Assembly (NCBI GenBank): GCA_019056785.1
Contig: DXJV01000087.1
Span: 34,707 to 98,706, forward strand
DNA: 64,000 bases
Direction: 5' to 3'
Origin: Candidatus Heimdallarchaeota archaeon
GTDB lineage: Archaea > Asgardarchaeota > Heimdallarchaeia > JABLTI01
In this document: in pieces, positions 50,682 through 60,242 of the stretch
Layout: each line of letters opens with the position of its first letter
How positions within the stretch are numbered: the first letter of the stretch is position 1
Translations under genes and position numbers: made by a program
The notes under the pieces: generated by a model
Told to the model about the DNA's origin: nothing
Seen by the model: only the letters and a program-made list of their open reading frames with translations
Database searches by the model: none

Positions 50682-50981
50682 ACTTTTCCCTCATTGCTTT
50701 TAACATTACAAAATAGTCTTTTTTACTCAATAAAAATCCATTGTCTCTTGCTCAAATTTTTCTTTCGAGTTAAGAAGAGCTGCGGAAGAGATAGGCGAAA
50801 ATAATAGCCGGAGGTATGAAAAGAAAATCGAACCTTTTCAAAGCAATTAACTCGAGACTTCTATTTGACAGAGATTTCAAGTATTTTCCTTTAAAAAAGC
50901 GAACAATCGATAGTCAGAAATAATTGGAGGTACTTTTAAGATTAATGGTGGCACTCGAAAAATTAGAAAACAGAAATTTTC

Positions 50982-51776
50982 CTAGATGTTTTTTCTTTTC
51001 TTTCTTTCTTCCTTATAACTTGTTGCTAAGGAGGCAAGGATATTCGCCCTTGAAACAATCAGAGCAAGTTTCTCATTCTTAGGATAACGATTTGCCAAAC
51101 GTTTCAGTTCATCAAGCACTTGATATAAGTCTGGAAACCTTTTCTCTCGTGCCAGGGTACCAATAATACTTAGAAGTGAATTTGCAAATTCAATTTGTAC
51201 TTTTAAATTATCTTGATGTTTATTTGCAAACATTCGAAGCTCAAAGAGGAAACGATCACAAATGAAGTTGTGCCGGTCTGAACAAAAGCGATTTATAGCG
51301 TTATTATAACTTTTAGCGAAGAAAATAAGGAGGGTTTCATTAAGAGGATAAGCTTTTACAAGGTTCCGCAATCTATTCAATAATTTAGATGTTCCTTCCA
51401 CATCCCACGAACCACGCAAATAAAAGATTGTTTGAGTAATTGCTTCAGCAAGAAACTCGGCCACTTCTTCGGAACGCGTTTTTTGATAGTGTAATTCTAG
51501 CTCATCAAGTAAGAAGAGCATATCAGCAAAAAGGAGTCGCTCACCGAACATTTTAACAGCATTTTTGAGCGTTTTTGCGTATAAAAATTGAACGTCTTTA
51601 TTTTCTGGAAAATCATCTTTTAATAACTGGAATTCTTTCAACCATATAGAAAAGTCATTTAATGACTGCTGAAAAGTAAAATGAGTTATAAGGTCCGATA
51701 ATTCTTGCGCACGTATTTCAGCAAGCGAATTCGCATCCCGAAGGGATTTGTCCGGGAGACCAGATGGACCTTTCAT
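50982..51776 (-). CDS. Alpha-helical repeat protein (~41-aa repeats)
   Basis: Five repeats of LxxLxxLxxx(F/Y)PxNxxVxxxxA. Confidence 0.75.
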   Translation of the reverse strand: MKGPSGLPDKSLRDANSLAEIRAQELSDLITHFTFQQSLNDFSIWLKEFQLLKDDFPENKDVQFLYAKTLKNAVKMFGERLLFADMLFLLDELELHYQKTRSEEVAEFLAEAITQTIFYLRGSWDVEGTSKLLNRLRNLVKAYPLNETLLIFFAKSYNNAINRFCSDRHNFICDRFLFELRMFANKHQDNLKVQIEFANSLLSIIGTLAREKRFPDLYQVLDELKRLANRYPKNEKLALIVSRANILASLATSYKEERKKRKNI

Positions 51777-51867
51777 GTTATTACCTCTATTTATTAAAAA
51801 GAAATTCGGGAGCTAACAAATATACATTTCGTTAGCTGCCTTTTTCTTGAAAAAAAGAAGGTGATTC

Positions 51868-53376
51868 TTATAAGCCATAAAGTTTGGTATATTTATTTTT
51901 TACTTCTTCAACAAAATACTTGGCTGTGAAATCTTCGCCTGTCACTCTTTTAACAAGATCCAATGGGTCATAGAGTTTTCCAACCCTACGAATGTTCTTA
52001 TTTAGCCAGTCCAAAATTGCTTGAATCTTTCCTTCTCGCAATTGATCCTCCCATGTTGGAAGGTCCTTTTTAAGAACTTTCAAGAATTGCGCGTTGTAAT
52101 AAGAACCCAAAGCATAGGTTGGGAAATAACCGAATAACCCCCAAGCATAATGTGTGTCTTGTAATATCCCCTCAGCATCATTTTCTATTTCAATGCCCAG
52201 ATACTCTTCCATCTTCTCATTCCAGAAGGAAGGAAGTTCATCAACTGTGAGTTTATCAGCAAACAAAGCTTTTTCCAGCTCATATCGAAGAATAATGTGC
52301 ATCGAATAAGTGAGGGGGTCAGCATGAATGCGTATTTTGCTGGGAACGACTTTGTTTATCGCATGGGCAAAAGGTTCTAGTTGGACATCTTTGAATATTT
52401 TCCCGGTTATTTTCTTAAATTTTTCAAGATAGAATTCCCAAAATGCTGGATTTCGACCAATAATATTTTCAATGAAGCGCGCTTGCCCTTCATGCATGGC
52501 ACTCGAGGTAGCCTTTCCAATTGGTTGATATTTGAATTCAGGAGCGATGTTTTGTTCATATAACGCATGTCCAACTTCATGCATAGTAGCGAAAAAGCTA
52601 TTTGTGAAATCATTCTCATCAAAAGCAATTGTGATACGCACATCATCGAAATAACCCGTAGTAAAGGGGTGGACAGCCGTATCAATTCGTCCAGCATTAA
52701 GATCATAGTGTACAAAAGCCGCCACATCATGAGCTAAGGCGGTCTGTACACGAACAGGGCATTTTCGAAGAATTAATGAATCATCAGGCTGATTGGTTGC
52801 TGTAACTAAGGATTGTATCAAGGGGGTTAGACCACTTTTTGCTTCGGCAAAAATTTTGTCGTAGATTTTCTTGTTGAAACCATATTCATAATCGTCAAGG
52901 AGTACATCATATGGATCACCATCAGGATTAAGATAGGCGGCTTCTTGCTTTTTTAATTCGATCATTTTTGCTAGGTCATCACGAAAGATAGAAAAGTCGG
53001 CTTTTGCTTTTGCAGTTTTCCAATGCTCGGTGGAAATTGCCCCATGTTTTGCAAGCTCCTTTGCAAATGCTACAGGGATTTTCGTCGCTTTTTCATAATC
53101 ACGCATAATCAATTCAACATTTCGTTTCTGTTGAAAAGAAAGATCATCAAAAGATTTATGCTCTTGAATTTTTTTAAGCAACTTGCCAATTTGTGGGCTA
53201 ATATTTCGTTCATGTATTAACCCACTCATATATGCCAGTTCTTCGGAACGTTGTTCTGTGCCCTTTTTAGGCATCATTACTTCAAAATCCCAGTACAATA
53301 CACCATTAATATTGTTTAGCAAAGTAATTTCTTTATAGAGTTCGAGTAATTTTGTATATTGAGGTATTTTAGTCAT
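51868..53376 (-). CDS. Carboxypeptidase, M32 (Taq) family
   Basis: LYWD...MP, HPFT, HEVGHALYEQ, HEGQARF, IRIHAD, GILQDTH, GYFPTYALG. Confidence 0.97.
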   Translation of the reverse strand: MTKIPQYTKLLELYKEITLLNNINGVLYWDFEVMMPKKGTEQRSEELAYMSGLIHERNISPQIGKLLKKIQEHKSFDDLSFQQKRNVELIMRDYEKATKIPVAFAKELAKHGAISTEHWKTAKAKADFSIFRDDLAKMIELKKQEAAYLNPDGDPYDVLLDDYEYGFNKKIYDKIFAEAKSGLTPLIQSLVTATNQPDDSLILRKCPVRVQTALAHDVAAFVHYDLNAGRIDTAVHPFTTGYFDDVRITIAFDENDFTNSFFATMHEVGHALYEQNIAPEFKYQPIGKATSSAMHEGQARFIENIIGRNPAFWEFYLEKFKKITGKIFKDVQLEPFAHAINKVVPSKIRIHADPLTYSMHIILRYELEKALFADKLTVDELPSFWNEKMEEYLGIEIENDAEGILQDTHYAWGLFGYFPTYALGSYYNAQFLKVLKKDLPTWEDQLREGKIQAILDWLNKNIRRVGKLYDPLDLVKRVTGEDFTAKYFVEEVKNKYTKLYGL

Positions 53377-53626
53377 TTTCTTCCCGGATAATGTTTTTTT
53401 ACTTACAGTTCACTCTTCAAGTTTTAAGTATTTCATTTAGACTGACAGAACTCGAGTAATCTTATAGTAAAAATAGCGCTATAGGAGATAAATCTTCTTA
53501 CAAATAAATGGTGTATGTTACTTGACTGACTTTTTATTAGAAGGGAAAAGGCGAGGAAAAACATAAATGTAGGAAGAGGAAAGCATTATTAATTTTTACG
53601 AGATAAAATCCCGCTGATGAAGAAAT

Positions 53627-54007
53627 ATGACAGATCAGATCGAGAAAGAAGCAACAACTGCACCAATTGACCACATCAAAATTAGCTCAGCAATACAAGA
53701 AGCAATTTTAGAAAAGTTTTATCAAGCAAAAGCTTTTTCTGAAGATACTGCACTCTTAGAAGAGGAGCTATCACTTTCAGAAGCCGAGAAGCAATCATTT
53801 ACCTATCTTGTTTTACGAGGGACAATTTTGCAGACAGAAAAAAATGGTCATAGGTATTATTTTCTTTGCGAAGAAGTCAAACCACCAAAAAACTATCGAA
53901 AAGAAGTTGTTATGGGGCTGAGCATTCCGCTCCTCGTTTTCCTTTTATCACTACTCGCAGCAGGGCTGGGCGCGATTATTTTTAGCCTAATTTCTTTTCT
54001 TCGATGA
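53627..54007 (+). CDS. Small protein, wHTH-like with C-terminal TM anchor
   Basis: FTYLVLRGTI...RYYF followed by a ~30-residue hydrophobic C-terminus. Confidence 0.65.
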   Translation: MTDQIEKEATTAPIDHIKISSAIQEAILEKFYQAKAFSEDTALLEEELSLSEAEKQSFTYLVLRGTILQTEKNGHRYYFLCEEVKPPKNYRKEVVMGLSIPLLVFLLSLLAAGLGAIIFSLISFLR

Positions 54008-54079
54008 AAGAGAAAAAAGAATTTTTTAATTAACGAAAGGTTCAAAAAGAGTTGTGAACCGACTTTTATATAGATTCTT

Positions 54080-54156
54080 GGGCGGGTGATCTAGCCCGGT
54101 ATGATGCCTGCCTTACTAGCAGGATGTCGCGTGTTCAAATCGCGCCCCGCCCACCA
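54080..54156 (+). tRNA. tRNA-Val(TAC), CCA encoded
   Basis: Acceptor GGGCGGG/CCCGCCC, anticodon stem CCTGC/GCAGG with loop CTTACTA, T-loop TTCAAAT, discriminator A plus CCA. Confidence 0.93.
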
Positions 54157-54171
54157 CCAGTTACTTTTTCG

Positions 54172-54699
54172 CTAGTCATAGATATTTTCTATAAAAGTAA
54201 TGGAATAATAGAGCTTGATAAAGCCACCAAATTTTTCAAACCTATATTCTGGTGACCAGATAGATATCCCGGACCCTGAGGTATATAACGTTAGAATGAT
54301 AGTTTGTGAGAGGATTTTTTTCATTTTTACTCTCAATTGAATAGAGTAAACATAACCATCTGACTTACCAAAGCATTGGTCAGTCACCAGTACTTTATCA
54401 TAATAATAATAGCCAGCCCCTTCGAGCTTGACTGGATAAGTAATAAAGGCTCCGCGATAGCCACCGGCGATCTTGAGCGTAAATTGCCCACCTTTAAACA
54501 TATCTGTTATTTGGACAGCACTTACAGTCAAAAGAAAACGAACATTTTCTGCTTGTTTCTTTTGGGCTTGGGCATTAAAATAGAGAGGAAAGAATATGCT
54601 GCTAAAGACGATAATAAAAACAATGGCAGGGACAGCAATTCTCTGCTTTATGCTTGCGATTTTTTTTCGATTTACTTTTCCCCACATAATTGGCACCAT
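54172..54699 (-). CDS. Hypothetical membrane-anchored protein
   Basis: Basic N-terminus, one TM, beta-rich ectodomain. Confidence 0.6.
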   Translation of the reverse strand: MVPIMWGKVNRKKIASIKQRIAVPAIVFIIVFSSIFFPLYFNAQAQKKQAENVRFLLTVSAVQITDMFKGGQFTLKIAGGYRGAFITYPVKLEGAGYYYYDKVLVTDQCFGKSDGYVYSIQLRVKMKKILSQTIILTLYTSGSGISIWSPEYRFEKFGGFIKLYYSITFIENIYD

Positions 54700-54816
54700 A
54701 AGTACAATAAACTTTTTTTTATTTAAATAATTCTTAATCTTTTTTTCTTAGCAGTTATCCAAAGTCTTTTTTACTTTCACCTTTTTTCTACAAAAGGTTG
54801 TAGGAGACCAAACACT

Positions 54817-56166
54817 ACGACGGAGAATACTACTAAAGTAAAAGATGAAGAGATTTCCTCGAAACAAATCAAGGAAAAGGACCTTACCAAAGGTAATCGA
54901 AAAGGGATTTTTTGGTCCATTTCTATCTTTGCTACTGCCAATAACAACATCTTCATGCAGTTTTTCTCTGTTTTTGCTCGTTTTATAGGTGTTACTGCAA
55001 GCGTGCTCGGATTTCTTACCTCTATTCGCAATCTTTTACAAGGATTATTTCAAGGAGCCATTGGTAACCTTTCTGATCGCTTTGGCCGGAAGTATATCTT
55101 GCTGTTTGGGTTTGTATTAAGTTTCTTGATTCCAATTCCATTGATCTTTTATCATAATACTTATTTCTTGATTTTTGTAGCAATTATTCAAGCTTTTTCG
55201 GTGAGTATAATTATTCCTACTTGGAACGCCGTACTCGGTGATGTTACTGAACCCAGCAACCGAGGTACCTTCATTGGGAAAATAACATCCATTGGCAGGT
55301 TGATTTCCGTCTCTGTAACACTCGCTATCGCAGGGTTTTTTGCTTTTATCGCCGCCCGTCACAATAGTATCTTAACTATCGGGAAGTGGACCATTACTAT
55401 CACTGAAGAATTTCAATATGGGTTTATCTTTGCTCTTGCAGCATTTAATGCCCTCCTTTGCATTATTAGCGTTTTATTCTTAAAAGAGACTAGGACTTTC
55501 GTTGACCAAGAAAAAAGAAATCAAGTACCAAAACTACACGTTATTTCTCGAGATAAGAAATTCAGACGATTTCTTTTGGTGAATTCCTTGTTTGGCTTAA
55601 CCATGTCACTTATTTGGCCTATCAACCCGATTATTTTGAACGATTATTTGAAATTAGATTTCCCCAAAGTGGCAGTTATGACCTCTTCTTTTGCTGTGTT
55701 CATAGGAGTGACCATGATTATGGCAGGCAAGATTGTTGATAAAATCGGCCGAAAACCGTTAATTATTATCGCTGTTTTTACCCTCGTATTCTTTCCTGTT
55801 AGTATGATACCTGCCATTTTGACTGGCAAATGGTGGCTTTTGCTACTCTCTCGTTTTGTTGGTGGCGTCGGAACAGGCATTAATATGATCGCCATAAATG
55901 CTTACACATTAGATCTTGCACCAAATGAATTATTCGGGGGCTATTCTGGTATTCGAGAGACATTTTATGGGATAGCAACGTTTGCCGGTTCACTCGCGGC
56001 AGGGTTCATTATTGATGCAATGGAAGTAAGATATGGTTTATATATCACCGTTCTGGCACTCTCAATCGGTGTAACACTTCTTCGAATGTTTGCCGCCCTT
56101 GGTTTTCTCTTTATTTCAGAGAGTTTACCAATAAAAAATAATAGCAATCTAGAAAAAAATGACTAG
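54817..56166 (+). CDS. MFS transporter; probable non-canonical (ACG) start upstream of ATG 54955
   Basis: GNLSDRFGRK and GKIVDKIGRK motifs; upstream frame aligns with TM1 of the paralog at 60243-61700. Confidence 0.88.
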   Translation, partial: TTENTTKVKDEEISSKQIKEKDLTKGNRKGIFWSISIFATANNNIFMQFFSVFARFIGVTASVLGFLTSIRNLLQGLFQGAIGNLSDRFGRKYILLFGFVLSFLIPIPLIFYHNTYFLIFVAIIQAFSVSIIIPTWNAVLGDVTEPSNRGTFIGKITSIGRLISVSVTLAIAGFFAFIAARHNSILTIGKWTITITEEFQYGFIFALAAFNALLCIISVLFLKETRTFVDQEKRNQVPKLHVISRDKKFRRFLLVNSLFGLTMSLIWPINPIILNDYLKLDFPKVAVMTSSFAVFIGVTMIMAGKIVDKIGRKPLIIIAVFTLVFFPVSMIPAILTGKWWLLLLSRFVGGVGTGINMIAINAYTLDLAPNELFGGYSGIRETFYGIATFAGSLAAGFIIDAMEVRYGLYITVLALSIGVTLLRMFAALGFLFISESLPIKNNSNLEKND

Positions 56167-56195
56167 GAGATAATCAATCATTTAGAGGTTTTTTC

Positions 56196-57908
56196 TCAAT
56201 TCATTAGTTCGTAATAAGTTTTCCAATAAGCATCTGAAAAAGCTTTTCGTTCAATTATTTCCCATTGGTAAATTTCACTAAGAATGCTAATGATAAGCTC
56301 TTCTTCAAAACCTGTGACCGTTTTTAACCAGTCAATGTTAACATTTTGCAACGGAAAGATCAATTTCTCAATTGTTTTGATCTTCTTTTGAGTAATGTTC
56401 TTTGATTTATCTTTAATAAACTCCTTTTTTCTCCTTTCAAGTTTTATTCGATAATTCAAAAACTCATCAAAATCGTTGGTTATTTCAATCTTAATGATTC
56501 GTCTAAAGCTTTTTTTATTCGTTTCGAACCTTTTCCCACCAAAATAACCACTTATTGGAGAGGTAATTATTTCCAAACAACAAATAATAAAAATAGCATA
56601 CTGTTGAGGTTCAGTGAACTCATTAACTCTTACATCCGGAGTAAATAAGAAATAAAAAATGAAAATTATAACTCCCAAAAGTATTCCGGAGAGCAAGCCA
56701 CGAATTCTTCCCTTACAAATTAGACCTGAAATATAACCCGTAAAAGTAATTCCAAAAGCAATCAAACCAAGGGAAATTAGAAACAAAATTATTCGAACTA
56801 TAGCCAGAAAAATAATCCCGGTCCAATAAAAAACATTCCAGAATGTTTGGGCATCTCTATAGGTAACACCTCCATGATAAAATAGCCAGTCTGGTAAAGG
56901 AAAGCCAAAAAAACTTATCATTACAAGCAAAGCTAAACTAAAAATAAACAGAGAGCCACTAATAAAAATTGCAAAAAAGATTTGACCGGTGTTTTTATAG
57001 AGAAGCTCGAGAGATTTGAAAGACGCTTTTTCAAATAAAAGAACGATTCTAGAGATTTTTGGGAATCCATTTTGGAGCTGCTTCAGGGATGTTTTTATTT
57101 GAATATTTAAACCGGAGAAGGCGAGAATACCAAAAAGTGTGAAAAAAGAGGGCAAAAGGAATTTCAAGAATAGCGATTCGCTAAATGGTACCTCGCTTTT
57201 TGAATATGTCAAGAAAATCGCACTTAGAGCTAGGAAAAAGGCACATGAAACTAATAAAAGCAAAGTTGCTTTCGTATAGGAAAGAGTCATTGCAACAGTT
57301 TCTTTAAACGACTTTTTCTGCAAGAGAATTTTGTGACTTTTTTTAGCTCGTTCTTTAATAATTATTTCATTTGTAATTATAGAACGGTTCCAGAGCAAAC
57401 CATTGTGTGCTGCATTGATTATAATAATAACCGTGAAGGCAACAACTAGATAAAAAGCTGCTGTGAAATGACTATTCCGATATATTAGTCGGAAATAACG
57501 TAGGAGAATGACATGCAAAAGACTTGCTACCAAAGAAAGTAATCCCCCGCATAGTTGGAGAAGGCTTCCCCTTCGTTTTCTTTTCCGCCTTCTGACTTTG
57601 AGTTCTGCTGATGGTATGACACTACTCTTTACGAATGTTGCTCTACTGAAACCCAGAACCTCGAGGAGAAGGCCAAAACCAAGAAGGAATGCGAGCTGTT
57701 TTGCTAACTGCTTTTTAATACTCAAAAAGTTAACATTGTCATCAAAAAATAAAATACCACCCACCCAGAAAGCATTTTTAGAATTCATCACAATAATTGG
57801 AGCAAACAATATTAGCACAATAAGCACGAAAAAGATTACTACAAGAAGATAGTATTGTTTTAACGAGAAGATCTTTGCTCTAATTTGTTCTTGTGTATTC
57901 TTTTCCAT
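56196..57908 (-). CDS. Hypothetical multi-pass membrane protein
   Basis: About 10 hydrophobic segments and a soluble C-terminal domain. Confidence 0.7.
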   Translation of the reverse strand: MEKNTQEQIRAKIFSLKQYYLLVVIFFVLIVLILFAPIIVMNSKNAFWVGGILFFDDNVNFLSIKKQLAKQLAFLLGFGLLLEVLGFSRATFVKSSVIPSAELKVRRRKRKRRGSLLQLCGGLLSLVASLLHVILLRYFRLIYRNSHFTAAFYLVVAFTVIIIINAAHNGLLWNRSIITNEIIIKERAKKSHKILLQKKSFKETVAMTLSYTKATLLLLVSCAFFLALSAIFLTYSKSEVPFSESLFLKFLLPSFFTLFGILAFSGLNIQIKTSLKQLQNGFPKISRIVLLFEKASFKSLELLYKNTGQIFFAIFISGSLFIFSLALLVMISFFGFPLPDWLFYHGGVTYRDAQTFWNVFYWTGIIFLAIVRIILFLISLGLIAFGITFTGYISGLICKGRIRGLLSGILLGVIIFIFYFLFTPDVRVNEFTEPQQYAIFIICCLEIITSPISGYFGGKRFETNKKSFRRIIKIEITNDFDEFLNYRIKLERRKKEFIKDKSKNITQKKIKTIEKLIFPLQNVNIDWLKTVTGFEEELIISILSEIYQWEIIERKAFSDAYWKTYYELMN

Positions 57909-57914
57909 CTTTTT

Positions 57915-60137
57915 TCACTTCTTCCTCTCCTTTGTTAAGACACTAGAGTCATCTCGAAAGTTTTTCGCTGAGATCATTCTTATAGAAGCAACCAATATTG
58001 GCAGAACAATAAAGCCGACTAAAAAAAAGGCAGGTGTTAAAATGAAAAATCGATTTGGTTCGCTCGTTACTTTCACTATGGCTGAAGGTTCACTATAGAA
58101 ATCATATCCATAGAAATCATTAACCAAAGTAATAAATCTAACGCGTAAACAATATTCACCATCTGGAAGCCCATCTAAAGAGATTCCTTCGACATACCAC
58201 CACTCTTTAACCGGGTCCCAAAGCAAATCTCCAATTCTGTAGCTTGGAAATAAATCTTTCGTGAAAATGCGCCACTTTGCTTCACGAACATCCTCGATTT
58301 TGGGGTCAATAGGCATTTCATAGATATAATAATGATCTATTCGCGTATTATTATACTCATCATATGCTGTAATATTGTAAGCATTAAGGATTTTCTTTTT
58401 AGAATCATAAACGATTTGGGGCATGGAAACAGTAAGCAAATGAGGACGCGTAACAAAAGTGTTTGTAGACTCACCTCTTGCAAAAGGATAAAAGAAAACA
58501 TCATTATGCCAATTAGTAAGAGAAGAACCCACTGGAACATTTAAGTAAAAATCAACCACAATATAAAGGATTACACCGGTGAAAGTAACAACCCACCCTA
58601 AATCGATGTTCAATGCTTCCCAAACACTGGCATTCTCGTTATAAGTTAAATTTCCATTGACGACATTACCAAAGATGTCTTTTTTTGGATAACCAACCCT
58701 ATTGATAGGGGTAGTGAAACCCATACCATATTGGTAAATGGTCCATGTAGCTTTGTAGACGTCTTCGGGGAGTATCATTCCTACTTCCGGAAGTTCACAG
58801 AAGGCAGTGACGTTATAGATGTCTAATATCCAGTCGCTATCTGAATATCTAAAGTCGATTGATGTGAATGTAACATTGAAATAAGAAACTACAAAGAACG
58901 TCTTTGAAAGGTTACTCCATGTGGGCCCTGCACGGAGCATATCAAAACGTACAATCACAGAGGTATTACAATTTGGCTTTAACCAGCGAGCGAGGGTGTT
59001 CGTTAGCGACCACTTGCCTGTCTGTGAGTTAAATTGTAGCGGGATTGGATTGCTCGAAAGCTCTAAGGGGTTATTTTGAGAGTCGTAAAAAATAAACCAG
59101 GCTTCCGCCAATGTTGCCATACTACTCTCGTTAAGAATATAAGTACCTGTGCTTGTGACATATCGCACTTCCATTTCTGAAAGGTTCAAGAGATTTGTTG
59201 TATTATCATAGAATGCAACCGGTCTTGGTATTATTAAATAGCGCCAGTTTACTTCGAGCATCGCTTTTTCCAATGCAGCATATATTGCTTCCACCGCATA
59301 GGTCAAACACTTCTTTGTCATGTTATAATACTCTGTGGGCCAATCCGAGGCCTTCATTATGGTTGCATTGAAATCCATTGCCAGGTTTTCTACCATGGGA
59401 TAAACTTGTTTTGCTAAGGCGACAGTAGCATTCCAAGCGGTTATTGGTTGCTTTTTTATTGGACTAAGAGCAAAGAACTCATTGTAATAACCTGTCAAAT
59501 TTGTAAATCGGTAATTAAAGGATGGCTTGGGAAGGCGCTCCTTTCCCAGCCCTGCTTCTATTGCCCCCTCATAAGAAAGCCAAGTCGTTATATTCAACTC
59601 TCCCCATTTGGTTTCATTCCAAAGTGCTTTCCATATTCCTGCCTGGGAAATGTAATGAGCCATTGTTCCCGCATAAAAAGCTGCTTTCTGATAATTAGAT
59701 TCTTCTTTTTTCAACTCTGTGAGTAATTTAGAGTACTCTTCTTGTGCTCTATCTGCAAGGCTACTGTTAAGCACTTCAACGCCAGCTTGATCAAGCCCAA
59801 TGCTCAGCTCTTCAATATCCCCGTACACACCCCCGTTTGTGTATCCATATGCAAAGCTTGCAGCCGGCATAAAGGGAGCCTCAACGCCATGCCAAAAAGC
59901 ATAGAGATTTTCAGTTATCCAAGTAATTTTTGCTTCCGGAAAGAGTTTTATTGCTTCCCAAGCCAACCATTGATGCGTTGAGAAACAGGGCTTCTCAAAT
60001 AACTCCTCCTCCTCTGTCTCATCAGCATGCCAGCCGATCACTTTTAATGACAGCGAAGAGCAGACTACTACTAGTATAAGAAAAAAACCACTTGCTTTTC
60101 TTTTCCAGATTGAAAACCACAATACCCCTTTTGCCAT
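57915..60137 (-). CDS. Secreted, C-terminally anchored protein with Zn-dependent phospholipase C-like domain and beta-rich domains
   Basis: Signal peptide then GW, STHQWLA, AAFYAGTMAHYI, YEGAIE; many N-x-S/T sequons; C-terminal TM plus basic tail. Confidence 0.75.
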   Translation of the reverse strand: MAKGVLWFSIWKRKASGFFLILVVVCSSLSLKVIGWHADETEEEELFEKPCFSTHQWLAWEAIKLFPEAKITWITENLYAFWHGVEAPFMPAASFAYGYTNGGVYGDIEELSIGLDQAGVEVLNSSLADRAQEEYSKLLTELKKEESNYQKAAFYAGTMAHYISQAGIWKALWNETKWGELNITTWLSYEGAIEAGLGKERLPKPSFNYRFTNLTGYYNEFFALSPIKKQPITAWNATVALAKQVYPMVENLAMDFNATIMKASDWPTEYYNMTKKCLTYAVEAIYAALEKAMLEVNWRYLIIPRPVAFYDNTTNLLNLSEMEVRYVTSTGTYILNESSMATLAEAWFIFYDSQNNPLELSSNPIPLQFNSQTGKWSLTNTLARWLKPNCNTSVIVRFDMLRAGPTWSNLSKTFFVVSYFNVTFTSIDFRYSDSDWILDIYNVTAFCELPEVGMILPEDVYKATWTIYQYGMGFTTPINRVGYPKKDIFGNVVNGNLTYNENASVWEALNIDLGWVVTFTGVILYIVVDFYLNVPVGSSLTNWHNDVFFYPFARGESTNTFVTRPHLLTVSMPQIVYDSKKKILNAYNITAYDEYNNTRIDHYYIYEMPIDPKIEDVREAKWRIFTKDLFPSYRIGDLLWDPVKEWWYVEGISLDGLPDGEYCLRVRFITLVNDFYGYDFYSEPSAIVKVTSEPNRFFILTPAFFLVGFIVLPILVASIRMISAKNFRDDSSVLTKERKK

Positions 60138-60242
60138 TTTTCCGTAGTTTCCTAGACAATATATCGGTTGTATAATATATCGCTTAAACTATATATGTTT
60201 TTCTTTCAATTAAAGAAATGAGAAATTTGAGAATAGAAAGGA

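Noticed and set aside
54080-54156. Amber suppressor or tRNA-Pyl (CTA in the loop)
   Set aside because: The stem register puts TAC at 34-36; CTA is off-centre and the body has tRNA-Val features.
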